IMG/VR virus record: IMGVR_UViG_3300028827_000102
Location: 1 to 64,000 of that record
From: a virus
DNA: 64,000 nucleotides
Reading direction: 5' to 3' (one strand)
The notes beneath the pieces are model-generated. The model had not been told where the DNA came from, made no database searches, and worked only from the letters and a program-made list of their open reading frames with translations. The first letter of the stretch is position 1, and the number at the start of each line of letters is the position of its first letter. Positions 38,181-46,592 of the stretch are shown piece after piece. Made by a program: the position numbers and the translations under genes.

Positions 38181-38921
38181 ATGTTAGACATCAACAGACT
38201 GATTGAAGAAGGGAAACCCGTATTTGTGTATAATAGAACAAATAGGATTCTTGACCATTATAGTCCATTTGTTCTTATACTAAAAGACGCACACGGTAAG
38301 CCGTTCCCAGTTCCAATCCCTGCTACAAAGTTTCCGTTTTTACTGTCAGGAACCGTCCCGCCTGATATTTTGGCAAATTCCATGGAATTACATGATGCCA
38401 TAAGAAAGGGCATACTAGAATTAGTAGACCCAGAAGAAGGCGAGCGAATCATGAATGATCCCATGGCACAGAAAGCCATGGAAAGAGCCATGCGCAGATT
38501 CCAATCCAGGCGTAAGCCTGATGGTAACGATAACGATACCAGCAGCAAACGTTCTGAATACGCAGAAAGATATATACCACCATATGTAGAGACAAGTACC
38601 GACTTTTCTCAGTCTGATGAAATAAACGCGGTTTTGGGTGAAAAGGCTAAAGAAGCTCCATTAAAAGTGGCAGGAAGCAAAACACCCGAGACTCTAAGTA
38701 CTGAAGCAGAAATTCGTCCCAAGATTTCCCAGATTATATGGGATGTAAATAAAGATCCTGATCTTGCCGGTGATGCTATTGTGGATCTTGCTGCCATGGA
38801 TCTAACAGTAGATGACCTTGGTTATATAATAAACGAAGCTGAAGTAAAATCAGTAGTCTCTTGGGCTAAAGCGGAGTTAGCAAAAATAACGCCCAAGAAA
38901 AAGCGTCGAGGACGTAAGTAG
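38181..38921 (+). CDS. Hypothetical protein, probably virion-associated
   Basis: 246 aa, GAGGT RBS, within the neck/tube operon. Confidence 0.65.
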   Translation: MLDINRLIEEGKPVFVYNRTNRILDHYSPFVLILKDAHGKPFPVPIPATKFPFLLSGTVPPDILANSMELHDAIRKGILELVDPEEGERIMNDPMAQKAMERAMRRFQSRRKPDGNDNDTSSKRSEYAERYIPPYVETSTDFSQSDEINAVLGEKAKEAPLKVAGSKTPETLSTEAEIRPKISQIIWDVNKDPDLAGDAIVDLAAMDLTVDDLGYIINEAEVKSVVSWAKAELAKITPKKKRRGRK

Positions 38922-38927
38922 GTTAAT

Positions 38928-39983
38928 ATGGCCGTTGTAAAAAGCCTCTTTGCCGAAAGCACTGACTCCTTTGGCGGAATGCCTTCTACAGGTTCTTATG
39001 TACAAGGAGGAGCAGGACAAGTACTAACCAAAACTGGTGTGCCTCCAAGCAAAGGGGCTTCTTCTAATCGTGCTACTATAGAAGAAGTGGCACGTAAAGC
39101 CACTCAGAGAATAAGAGAAGCTGGTAATAATTCCAATGTAGAGGGTGGACGTCCGTTTATCTTTCCAAGGTCATCTACTGTGGTTACGTGCAGTGCTTGG
39201 GAATACAGAAAATTAAGTGGTATAAGGCTTTATGTAAATCCTTCAGAAGTTACTTGGAATATAAAACGTAGAGGAACTATAACAAAAACTGCTGCAGGTC
39301 ATGTAAGGAATACATGGAGAAATAGATTTAGGTACTACGGTAGACCGACATATTACGACGAGTTGGAGGTTTCTTTCACCTTTCAATCTGGAAATATAAT
39401 GCCATATGCTGGTATAGATATGTACGATCCTAACGCATCCCCAGCGCAAATGGCTGAATACTTAGCCAACATTCAACCGCCCCCAGGACTCCAGAATTTT
39501 TACGAATTTTTAAGCTTATTGGACCAGCCACAAGTTTTAGGTGCTTATGAAAATAGGCATATAGTAATTCATCATTCTAGAGTATTTCCAACTATAAGGC
39601 TAGAGGGATTTTTTATCGATTCTTCTCCGGTGACTTTTACCGAAAGCGCTGAAAATGGTAATGAAGTTATTTGGCGAGCAACTATGTTGGTTTATCGTAC
39701 ATATCCAATGTTACAATCTGCAACGCAATTGATTGATATGTACAATAAATGGGCATCTACAGAAGGAGCTGGCGAAGCTATTGGAGAGGATAATACTATT
39801 AAATACAAAGAATGGATAGCGGCTCAGCAGAAACGTACGGAAGTACCAACAGTATCGGTAGCGCCTAAAAGTACACCCAATGATTCACTTATAGATAGTG
39901 TTATTTATAAAGATGGAAAAGCGCCGAATTACAATAATCCTGTAGAATTGAGAAATGCTTTGAAGAAACTTGGTTTGCTTTGA
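38928..39983 (+). CDS. Tail tube initiator / contractile-injection tube-like baseplate protein
   Basis: LYVNPSEVTWNIKRRGTITKTAAG and LEGFF...VTFTESAEN...WRATM follow the tube-initiator pattern. Confidence 0.6.
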   Translation: MAVVKSLFAESTDSFGGMPSTGSYVQGGAGQVLTKTGVPPSKGASSNRATIEEVARKATQRIREAGNNSNVEGGRPFIFPRSSTVVTCSAWEYRKLSGIRLYVNPSEVTWNIKRRGTITKTAAGHVRNTWRNRFRYYGRPTYYDELEVSFTFQSGNIMPYAGIDMYDPNASPAQMAEYLANIQPPPGLQNFYEFLSLLDQPQVLGAYENRHIVIHHSRVFPTIRLEGFFIDSSPVTFTESAENGNEVIWRATMLVYRTYPMLQSATQLIDMYNKWASTEGAGEAIGEDNTIKYKEWIAAQQKRTEVPTVSVAPKSTPNDSLIDSVIYKDGKAPNYNNPVELRNALKKLGLL

Positions 39984-40699
39984 TAAAACTTTTCTATCTC
40001 TGATATACTTTTAACCTTCCTGCAGTTTTTTAGTGGCTTCTCACCTGTAACTGCTCCATACATAAAACACATAACTCTCTTCCAATAATTGGCATAATAA
40101 AAACAACGTCCTCTTTTTCTATAACATTTACGTATACACTGTGATCTTTCTCTATACAAACGTTCGTCGGTGGGGCATTTTATAGTACACCGCCAACCGT
40201 ATCTATAATTACAAATTTCTCTGGTACGGTACTTTGGTCCTGCGTTGTACCTGTTCAACACACACCGTATAGTTGGTCTGTATTTTTTCAGGTGTGCGTG
40301 TTTTCCGCACCACTCAAAATGACGCATAAGTTCTTTTGCCGAAATAGTAGCTGTTTTACTAGGATGGCGCACCAGACGCCTGCAAGTACGCAAAACCCAT
40401 TTTGTGGGTCCAACTATATGATGTTGTGTTATACCACAATCAGCCCTACATCGCCTTGAATTAATATCTTTACATTCAGGCCATAAACGAAATGCCGGTA
40501 CAAAGTCAGATTCTACCCTCATTACAGCAACAAGTAAATATGGATCTATTCCTGTTATCTTGCTTGCGATTTTAACGGATTTCGTTATTTTTGACACATA
40601 ACGCACAGAAAACGTTGTTGGCGCTATAGATTGTATGGCCGTTTCTATGCTTGGTGTATTAGCCAATAGCACTGCTATAAATGCAGAAAGTACTTGCAT
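39929..40699 (-). CDS. Soluble lytic transglycosylase (SLT) family protein with an N-terminal hydrophobic signal; putative endolysin
   Basis: GIDPYLLVAVMRVESDF (catalytic ES), DCGITQ, RYNAGP; MQVLSAFIAVLLA leader; AAGGAGG RBS. Confidence 0.8.
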   Translation of the reverse strand: MQVLSAFIAVLLANTPSIETAIQSIAPTTFSVRYVSKITKSVKIASKITGIDPYLLVAVMRVESDFVPAFRLWPECKDINSRRCRADCGITQHHIVGPTKWVLRTCRRLVRHPSKTATISAKELMRHFEWCGKHAHLKKYRPTIRCVLNRYNAGPKYRTREICNYRYGWRCTIKCPTDERLYRERSQCIRKCYRKRGRCFYYANYWKRVMCFMYGAVTGEKPLKNCRKVKSISEIEKFYQSKPSFFKAFLNSTGLL

Positions 40700-40757
40700 T
40701 TATACCCTCCTTAATCAATTATTTCGGATTATTTTACATACCAGAAAAGCTCGACTA

Positions 40758-41375
40758 TTAATTTGACGAGGTGATAACCTGTTCTACTTTTTCTGTAATA
40801 CCTTCATATGACTCGTCTTTGAGTCTTTCGGCAAAACGCGATAACATGTTATCAATCGCTGTTTTTATTCTACGTTGTAGTACTTCATCTCCACTTGTAA
40901 TAGTAAACAAATCATCACGCATTCTACTGGCTTCTTCTATTGCCATTATAGTGACTTGCTTTACAAGTGGATCTATTACTACTTCACGCAAACTGTCGAG
41001 CAACGCTTTGCTGGACTTGAGCTTACCGAGAGTGATAACACTTTCTCTCAGCTCTCTTTGGGTGGTGATAAAATTTGACAGGAGACTTCTTCCATCTATT
41101 CCGTCATCTTCATTTACTTCTAAATGTTTTCCCTCCTCTATATCACGTACAAGCATTCTAGCTATGTACGATAAATGTTGAACAGATCTATCTAATATAG
41201 CATAACCGTCAGAACTGTCTATCAGACAGTTATCTGCATGCCACAGCATATCTTCTTCTGATACTTTTACTTTTTTTGCTAGTTTAATAGGATCCGCACC
41301 ACGACGAAGAACAGAATCTATCTTACGGATCTGTTTATAAGTAAAAGTATCACATATTATACATGTTGTTGTCAT
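40758..41375 (-). CDS. Zn-binding HTH protein, possibly terminase small subunit
   Basis: CIIC...IDSVLRRG....LAKKVKVSEEDMLWH..NC followed by helices; start moved to the ATG at 41375. Confidence 0.45.
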   Translation of the reverse strand: MTTTCIICDTFTYKQIRKIDSVLRRGADPIKLAKKVKVSEEDMLWHADNCLIDSSDGYAILDRSVQHLSYIARMLVRDIEEGKHLEVNEDDGIDGRSLLSNFITTQRELRESVITLGKLKSSKALLDSLREVVIDPLVKQVTIMAIEEASRMRDDLFTITSGDEVLQRRIKTAIDNMLSRFAERLKDESYEGITEKVEQVITSSN

Positions 41376-41388
41376 GTATATATCTATA

Positions 41389-42705
41389 CTACATATGAGG
41401 TGAGATGTCAATACCGTGTGGAGGGATCATACCAATCGCAGAAAAATCCTCTGAATTTGCTAATTTGGGGGACAAGTCGGCAAGCATGTGGGCAGGCAAA
41501 GTCACTGGCATCTCTTTTCCGCCAGGACGGTGTAGAGACACATCATATAAACTGTTTCCTTCTTCGTCATGCCATATACGTTCAACAATCAGTACCGGAA
41601 ACACATCATCATTTATCGCGTACCACTTACCAGGAACAACATCTATATTGACATCATCATTGTTTTTATCACTTTTACTTTCTTCGCCTGTTTCGGCGTG
41701 AATGCGCATACTCCACTCTGGATTATATGTTATATTTAACCTATTATCATGTTCACTCACCAAAGACTTTAAATATTCAATATCACCGTCATATACATCA
41801 TACACCAACAATGAATTGGTGGAATTCTGTGTAGTATCGAAGCCAGCCGCTCTTAATTTAGAATTAAGAGTGTGTATAGATTTTTTTCCTCCTTCCACCA
41901 ACACTGCCGCAAACAAAGACACGGGTCTTTCTTCATTATCTAACATCATATTATGAATGTCCTCCAAATCCTCAAGTATAAGTATATACCTGATTTTATG
42001 TACTAACAGAGTGGCTATGCTAGTCGGTAGATTTTTCTCGTCTGGTACCTCTTCGTCCGAATACAACTTTTCTTCAAATATCTCTGCATACTGCATCACT
42101 TCTTTAGGTTGTTTAACTATTTTGCGGTGTATGCTTGCTTCCAGCACTGCTATTCTATTTTTAAATGCGTCTATTATATTCTGCCTTTCTCCGTCTTTCA
42201 GCTTTATAAAGGCTTCTTTAACGATTCTCCAATCCAAAAAATCCAGATTAGTGGTATATCTTTCTCTATATATTCTCCAGTGTATGTATTTTAAAAGTTC
42301 TTCAGGTTGTATTAACTCGGTCTGGTCAGATATAAATTTTCCGTACCATCTCTGTTTTACAACGGAAAACATTGCACCAAAATGACGTGACATTACATCC
42401 GGATTCAATGTAGATCTTATAACAAATATATGTATGGTATTTTCATACCCAGGTATAGAAGATACACCTTCTTCCGCTTTTCTCCTATAAGCACATAAAC
42501 ATTTTTCTGGTGCAAAGACAACTATATCAATCGGTGAGTCATGTTGCCAATAATGCGACACAGCATCACCGATGATACACAAATCCGTTAGCAAAGGAAA
42601 TTTGTTTATTATTTCCTTTACTTTTTCGGAGAATCTTTTTGTGAGGGTACCATCTTCCGACCAAACGGCCGGAAGAAGGTACTTAGCATGATAATCTAGT
42701 AGCAT
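41389..42705 (-). CDS. Pol-beta-like nucleotidyltransferase-fold protein, probably catalytically degenerate
   Basis: LLPAVWSEDGTL...IIGDAVSHYWQHDSPIDIVV aligns with the large-phage NTase pattern LxPxIW..L...GSxxxYxW...SDIDxH. Confidence 0.6.
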   Translation of the reverse strand: MLLDYHAKYLLPAVWSEDGTLTKRFSEKVKEIINKFPLLTDLCIIGDAVSHYWQHDSPIDIVVFAPEKCLCAYRRKAEEGVSSIPGYENTIHIFVIRSTLNPDVMSRHFGAMFSVVKQRWYGKFISDQTELIQPEELLKYIHWRIYRERYTTNLDFLDWRIVKEAFIKLKDGERQNIIDAFKNRIAVLEASIHRKIVKQPKEVMQYAEIFEEKLYSDEEVPDEKNLPTSIATLLVHKIRYILILEDLEDIHNMMLDNEERPVSLFAAVLVEGGKKSIHTLNSKLRAAGFDTTQNSTNSLLVYDVYDGDIEYLKSLVSEHDNRLNITYNPEWSMRIHAETGEESKSDKNNDDVNIDVVPGKWYAINDDVFPVLIVERIWHDEEGNSLYDVSLHRPGGKEMPVTLPAHMLADLSPKLANSEDFSAIGMIPPHGIDISPHM

Positions 42706-43122
42706 TTATGCGGCATATGCTACCAGGCTAACAACAGTGCTGGCTCCTGGATCCGCCGAGAAGCTGATGGTAACTGTATTAGCGGCTGTTCTCTTCACAC
42801 CGGTGAGATATACCGCATTGGTCGATGACATTAGTGTAGCTACTAGAATGTCGTCTGCTTCGACCCCATACACTGTAACAGTGGTAGAAGTACCCCCACC
42901 CGCATAGCTGACTGTACCAACAAAATAAGGATCTGGAGTTTGCTGACGAATACGAATGTATCCATTGTTAATCAGATCCTGTATACCAGAGCTTTCGATG
43001 AAAGCATCTACGTTTTCGACAGTCACCTCAACAGTTTCACCCGGCTTGACCGCTTTGACGTAGTAACCCCCTGGTAGTGTTATTGTTTTGCTCGAAAGGT
43101 TAGTGATAGGAATAACAGCCAT
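42706..43122 (-). CDS. Putative head decoration / virion protein
   Basis: T/V/A-rich beta protein (ITNLS...VKPGETVEV; TVTISFSADP), GGAGG RBS. Confidence 0.55.
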   Translation of the reverse strand: MAVIPITNLSSKTITLPGGYYVKAVKPGETVEVTVENVDAFIESSGIQDLINNGYIRIRQQTPDPYFVGTVSYAGGGTSTTVTVYGVEADDILVATLMSSTNAVYLTGVKRTAANTVTISFSADPGASTVVSLVAYAA

Positions 43123-43131
43123 TTTTTCCTC

Positions 43132-44208
43132 CTAAACTGCTGCCCTTATGGCAGAAATCAATTTATTATAATCTCCTGAGTTTTTATACTCAACTACACG
43201 TCCATTAAGGACGTCATTAATATTATATTTCCAATTATATTTTGCACTTCTGATGCATCCGAAATGTTTGTGATCAGACAGATGTACCGCTCTGTGTTCT
43301 GCTATACCGATCATACTTATCACACTCAATCTTATATCGCTATAGCCACCCAACTTTTTGAAATTTGCTGCCAACGAACAAATTTCATATGTAGCAAACT
43401 CTTCTTTTTCGTCTAATATGGCAAAACCATGGTATTGTACATAATCATCATCGTAGTTCACATAAAATACCCCACCGTTGTGGTTTTTCAGCCAATTTTC
43501 TATTGCTTGGGTATAGTACGATTCATTTTTTTCCGCTTGCCACCAAACACCAACAAACATACTCGTGGCAAAACGTTTACCTCTTACAATTGCAGGTTCT
43601 CTTGTATTTTTCCTCCCTACTCTAGCCAACACTCTTTTACCTGTTTCATCTACTCGCCAACGGTAACCAGGAGGAGGTTTATCAAGAGCATCATCAACAG
43701 CCGACATAAAAGCAACAAAATCCAAAGATTGTTCGCTTAATAAACCTATCACTTTTGACGCTAAATCGGCTGGTATTTTTAGGTTCTCGGTTTCCAATAT
43801 TGGTGTCGGGTCGTTCGATACTGCCGCATCCAACAATAAAATAAATTCTCCAAGCTCAATCTTTGCTTTAGATAGAAACTGTAAAATCGGTATAATTATA
43901 TCTTCTGGAAGTGTGTCCGCTTCCTTAGACCATCTGTTTTTCGCGAAGTTAGATATGGCGCGTTTTATTACGTTTAATGTTTCTGTGCGCCCTATCTTAT
44001 CAATCAGACCTTTTACTGCATTTAGTAAACTTTTCGGTATACGTGCTATTTTTTGTCCGATAGTAAACAAGCGGCTAAGTAATGATTCCACTTGTTCCCT
44101 AGATATACCTGATCGATATATCCAGTCCCACAGAAAAGATACTATCTGCTGAGCTATGTCTGAGGTAGATGCTTCGCGATACAAAAATCTCTTGTATCGT
44201 ACAAACAT
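43132..44208 (-). CDS. Hypothetical protein
   Basis: 358-aa ORF coupled to the upstream gene. Confidence 0.65.
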   Translation of the reverse strand: MFVRYKRFLYREASTSDIAQQIVSFLWDWIYRSGISREQVESLLSRLFTIGQKIARIPKSLLNAVKGLIDKIGRTETLNVIKRAISNFAKNRWSKEADTLPEDIIIPILQFLSKAKIELGEFILLLDAAVSNDPTPILETENLKIPADLASKVIGLLSEQSLDFVAFMSAVDDALDKPPPGYRWRVDETGKRVLARVGRKNTREPAIVRGKRFATSMFVGVWWQAEKNESYYTQAIENWLKNHNGGVFYVNYDDDYVQYHGFAILDEKEEFATYEICSLAANFKKLGGYSDIRLSVISMIGIAEHRAVHLSDHKHFGCIRSAKYNWKYNINDVLNGRVVEYKNSGDYNKLISAIRAAV

Positions 44209-44996
44209 TACTGTCCGGGTTTAACAGTCAAATCCTTACCTGGCCCCGTACCGGAAAATAGGTATTTGTCGAAAAATTCACTAAGGAATTTATTGTGCTT
44301 TTCCACAGCAGCAGGATTCTTTTCAAGAATATCAACAATATAGTCTTTTGGTATCGGATTACTTTGTCCTTTTATCTTTACAGAATCGCCGCTAATGCTA
44401 GAAACAACGCCATGCTTCTGCAGCATACCACCACCAGGAACGACATATATCACTTTATCTCCAACTTCTACATTCAACGTTCCTGCTGTACGTACCATTC
44501 CAAGATGTACACGAGCGTAACGTCCGTTTCTATTTCTATCTATACGCGATTCAAGTATCTCTTCCATTTCTTCTTGTCGTTCGCGTACCAGCACTTTTTC
44601 GCCGCCAATAGTCTGCATAGACCATGTGCTTCCATCGGTAGAAGCAAACCTACCGGCACCTACAGGAAGCATACTATTAGCCTTATATGCCGGAAGAGGA
44701 AGACGTACTTCTTCGCATATAGCTGTTATAGCATTTAGGTCCTTGTGGCTTCTAAAGGAGGCCACAAGTGGACGTAGGTTACCATTGAACGTGGTAGTAA
44801 CCCACTCCATCATTTGTGTTTGTGTGGGTGTGCCGCGCTCGGGAGAGTACTCCACCATGATACGGTATTCCGTGTCACCAATGCGTTCGTAGTCTGCCAA
44901 GCGCATATCAAGACGACCGCATCTAGTAAGCCTCTCATCACGCTCGATTTTTTCTTTGAGCTTTTTAGCTATTTTAGTTGCAATGATCTTATTCAT
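44208..44996 (-). CDS. Hypothetical protein, probably virion-associated (C-terminal KOW/SH3-like segment)
   Basis: 262 aa, strong AAGGAGAGGT RBS; VEVGDKVIY...GVVSSISGDSVKI. Confidence 0.65.
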   Translation of the reverse strand: MNKIIATKIAKKLKEKIERDERLTRCGRLDMRLADYERIGDTEYRIMVEYSPERGTPTQTQMMEWVTTTFNGNLRPLVASFRSHKDLNAITAICEEVRLPLPAYKANSMLPVGAGRFASTDGSTWSMQTIGGEKVLVRERQEEMEEILESRIDRNRNGRYARVHLGMVRTAGTLNVEVGDKVIYVVPGGGMLQKHGVVSSISGDSVKIKGQSNPIPKDYIVDILEKNPAAVEKHNKFLSEFFDKYLFSGTGPGKDLTVKPGQ

Positions 44997-45033
44997 AACA
45001 CCTCTCCTTCTGCGGAGTAAAGAATAATCTGTC

Positions 45034-45041
45034 CTACTAAA
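45034..45041 (-). promoter_or_regulatory. TTTAGTAG candidate late-promoter motif upstream of the 44996 operon
   Basis: Same octamer as in the 36857-36894 arms, intergenic and oriented toward the putative structural genes. Confidence 0.4.
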
Positions 45042-45043
45042 TG

Positions 45044-45853
45044 TTAAGATGTAGAGCTAATAAAATCTGGAGGTGTTATGTTATGTTTTTCTAATAATGC
45101 GCGTAATTCTGCCGAATTCAGTCCTAAAGCATTATTCAGCTTTCGTTTCCCATGAAAGCTAGTTATTGCAATTTCAAGTAATTTCTTTGTAGGGATGCCG
45201 AATTCAGATTCTAATCTAAGCTCACTGGGACGTTTGTGTTTGAAACACGACTGACTGCAATAAACAAATCCGTCAGTAAGTTTATAGATATTACCTGTAT
45301 TTCCACAAACCGAACAACCTGTATCGTATATTTTTACCGTATCTGCAGCAGCATCTGAAGCGGCTTTGCGAAGAGCCAATTTTTGTAATTTTGTTATAGC
45401 GGAGTTTGTTATTCTTCTAAATTGCGCTTGTGTGATACCTAACAAAAAACGTATCTCATTTACATCTAAATCCTGTTTGTTTTGGCTATATATGTAACGT
45501 ATTATACAGTTTCCTGTCCATCTATTCATTGTATGAAACATGCACGACGAAACTGTACATGGTACATATATATCTAAATCTATTTCGGTACATTTAAATG
45601 GTTTTACATCTTCTAGACTGTAAACACCTGGGTCTGGGAGATATGCGCCTATGTATTCTAATACAGTTTCTACCGAAGCCGGGCTAATGGCTTCTCCTAT
45701 ATACTGCAATCTAGACAGCAACTCGAAGCACGGACCAGATTTTGTACACGTTTGAATAGTGTCATTTCTTTTGGATAGCTTTTCAACAAGTTTACTTACA
45801 CTTGTACATATGTCGGTAAACTCACAGCGCATATCTCCCAGACCACCTGACAT
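45044..45853 (-). CDS. Transcription factor with a sigma70 region-4-like HTH and Cys (Zn) clusters
   Basis: LDVNEIRFLLGITQAQFRRITNSAITKLQK parallels TLEEIG..LGITRERVRQIE..AL.KL; also CTVSSC...NC and CSVCG...YCSQSC. Confidence 0.65.
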   Translation of the reverse strand: MSGGLGDMRCEFTDICTSVSKLVEKLSKRNDTIQTCTKSGPCFELLSRLQYIGEAISPASVETVLEYIGAYLPDPGVYSLEDVKPFKCTEIDLDIYVPCTVSSCMFHTMNRWTGNCIIRYIYSQNKQDLDVNEIRFLLGITQAQFRRITNSAITKLQKLALRKAASDAAADTVKIYDTGCSVCGNTGNIYKLTDGFVYCSQSCFKHKRPSELRLESEFGIPTKKLLEIAITSFHGKRKLNNALGLNSAELRALLEKHNITPPDFISSTS

Positions 45854-45860
45854 GGTTTAA

Positions 45861-46580
45861 CTATAGATCATCAAGATCTAGATCGTCGTCAGACCACGGT
45901 AAATCGTCCAGGTCGTCATCATTCTCGTCAGCATCATCAAGATCAAAGTCATCCAGGTCATTCAAATCGTCGTCATCTTCTGTATTATTGTCATCGGCAT
46001 CATCGAGATCAAGTTCATCTAGATCATCATTGTCTTCATCTAAGCCAAAATCGTCCGAGTCAGCAGCATCGCTTTCGTCTGCCTTGGTTTTTGCGTCCGA
46101 ATTACTACCCTGATCAGACACATCATTAAAATCCAAATCGTCCAAATCATCCAGATCATCTATGCCCAAACCATCATCGTCGTCCAATACCAAATTTGTC
46201 TGACTGTCCTTTTTGTTTACATTCTTTTCGTCGTCTTTCTTCTTTGCCTCTTCATCGTCCTTCTTCGCCTTACGCTTACGTCCACGCTTACCCTTGGTCT
46301 TCTTCTCCTGCTCTTCCTCATCCTTCTTCGCTTTACGCTTACGTCCACGCTTACCCTTGGTCTTCTTTTCGGTTTTCTCAGCCCTTTCTTCCTTTTTCTC
46401 TGTTTCTACCCTAACATTCTCCTCTACCAACGCAGGAGCAGGCGAAATAGGAAAAGTATATATCTTTACACCTTCTCCAATGTCACCAGAAATGGTAAAC
46501 ATTGCGTCTTTTACTGCTACTACCTTGCCTTTTGTAAGTAGTGTTTCTACCTGACTAGAAGACAAAACAATCATAGACAT
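45861..46580 (-). CDS. Low-complexity protein: small N-terminal domain, duplicated K/R tract and ~110-aa Asp/Leu-rich tail
   Basis: KKTKGKRGRKRKAKKD occurs twice, followed by DDLDDLDDLDF-type repeats to the C-terminus; GGAGGT RBS. Confidence 0.8.
   Translation of the reverse strand: MSMIVLSSSQVETLLTKGKVVAVKDAMFTISGDIGEGVKIYTFPISPAPALVEENVRVETEKKEERAEKTEKKTKGKRGRKRKAKKDEEEQEKKTKGKRGRKRKAKKDDEEAKKKDDEKNVNKKDSQTNLVLDDDDGLGIDDLDDLDDLDFNDVSDQGSNSDAKTKADESDAADSDDFGLDEDNDDLDELDLDDADDNNTEDDDDLNDLDDFDLDDADENDDDLDDLPWSDDDLDLDDL
46258..46367 (-). repeat. 47-bp direct repeat (63-nt period) encoding the duplicated basic tract
   Basis: 46258-46304 and 46321-46367 differ at one position. Confidence 0.9.
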
Positions 46581-46592
46581 GAAATACCTCCA

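Noticed and set aside
46196-46554. Plus-strand ORFs with repeated peptides
   Set aside because: They are antisense shadows of the duplicated K/R tract.
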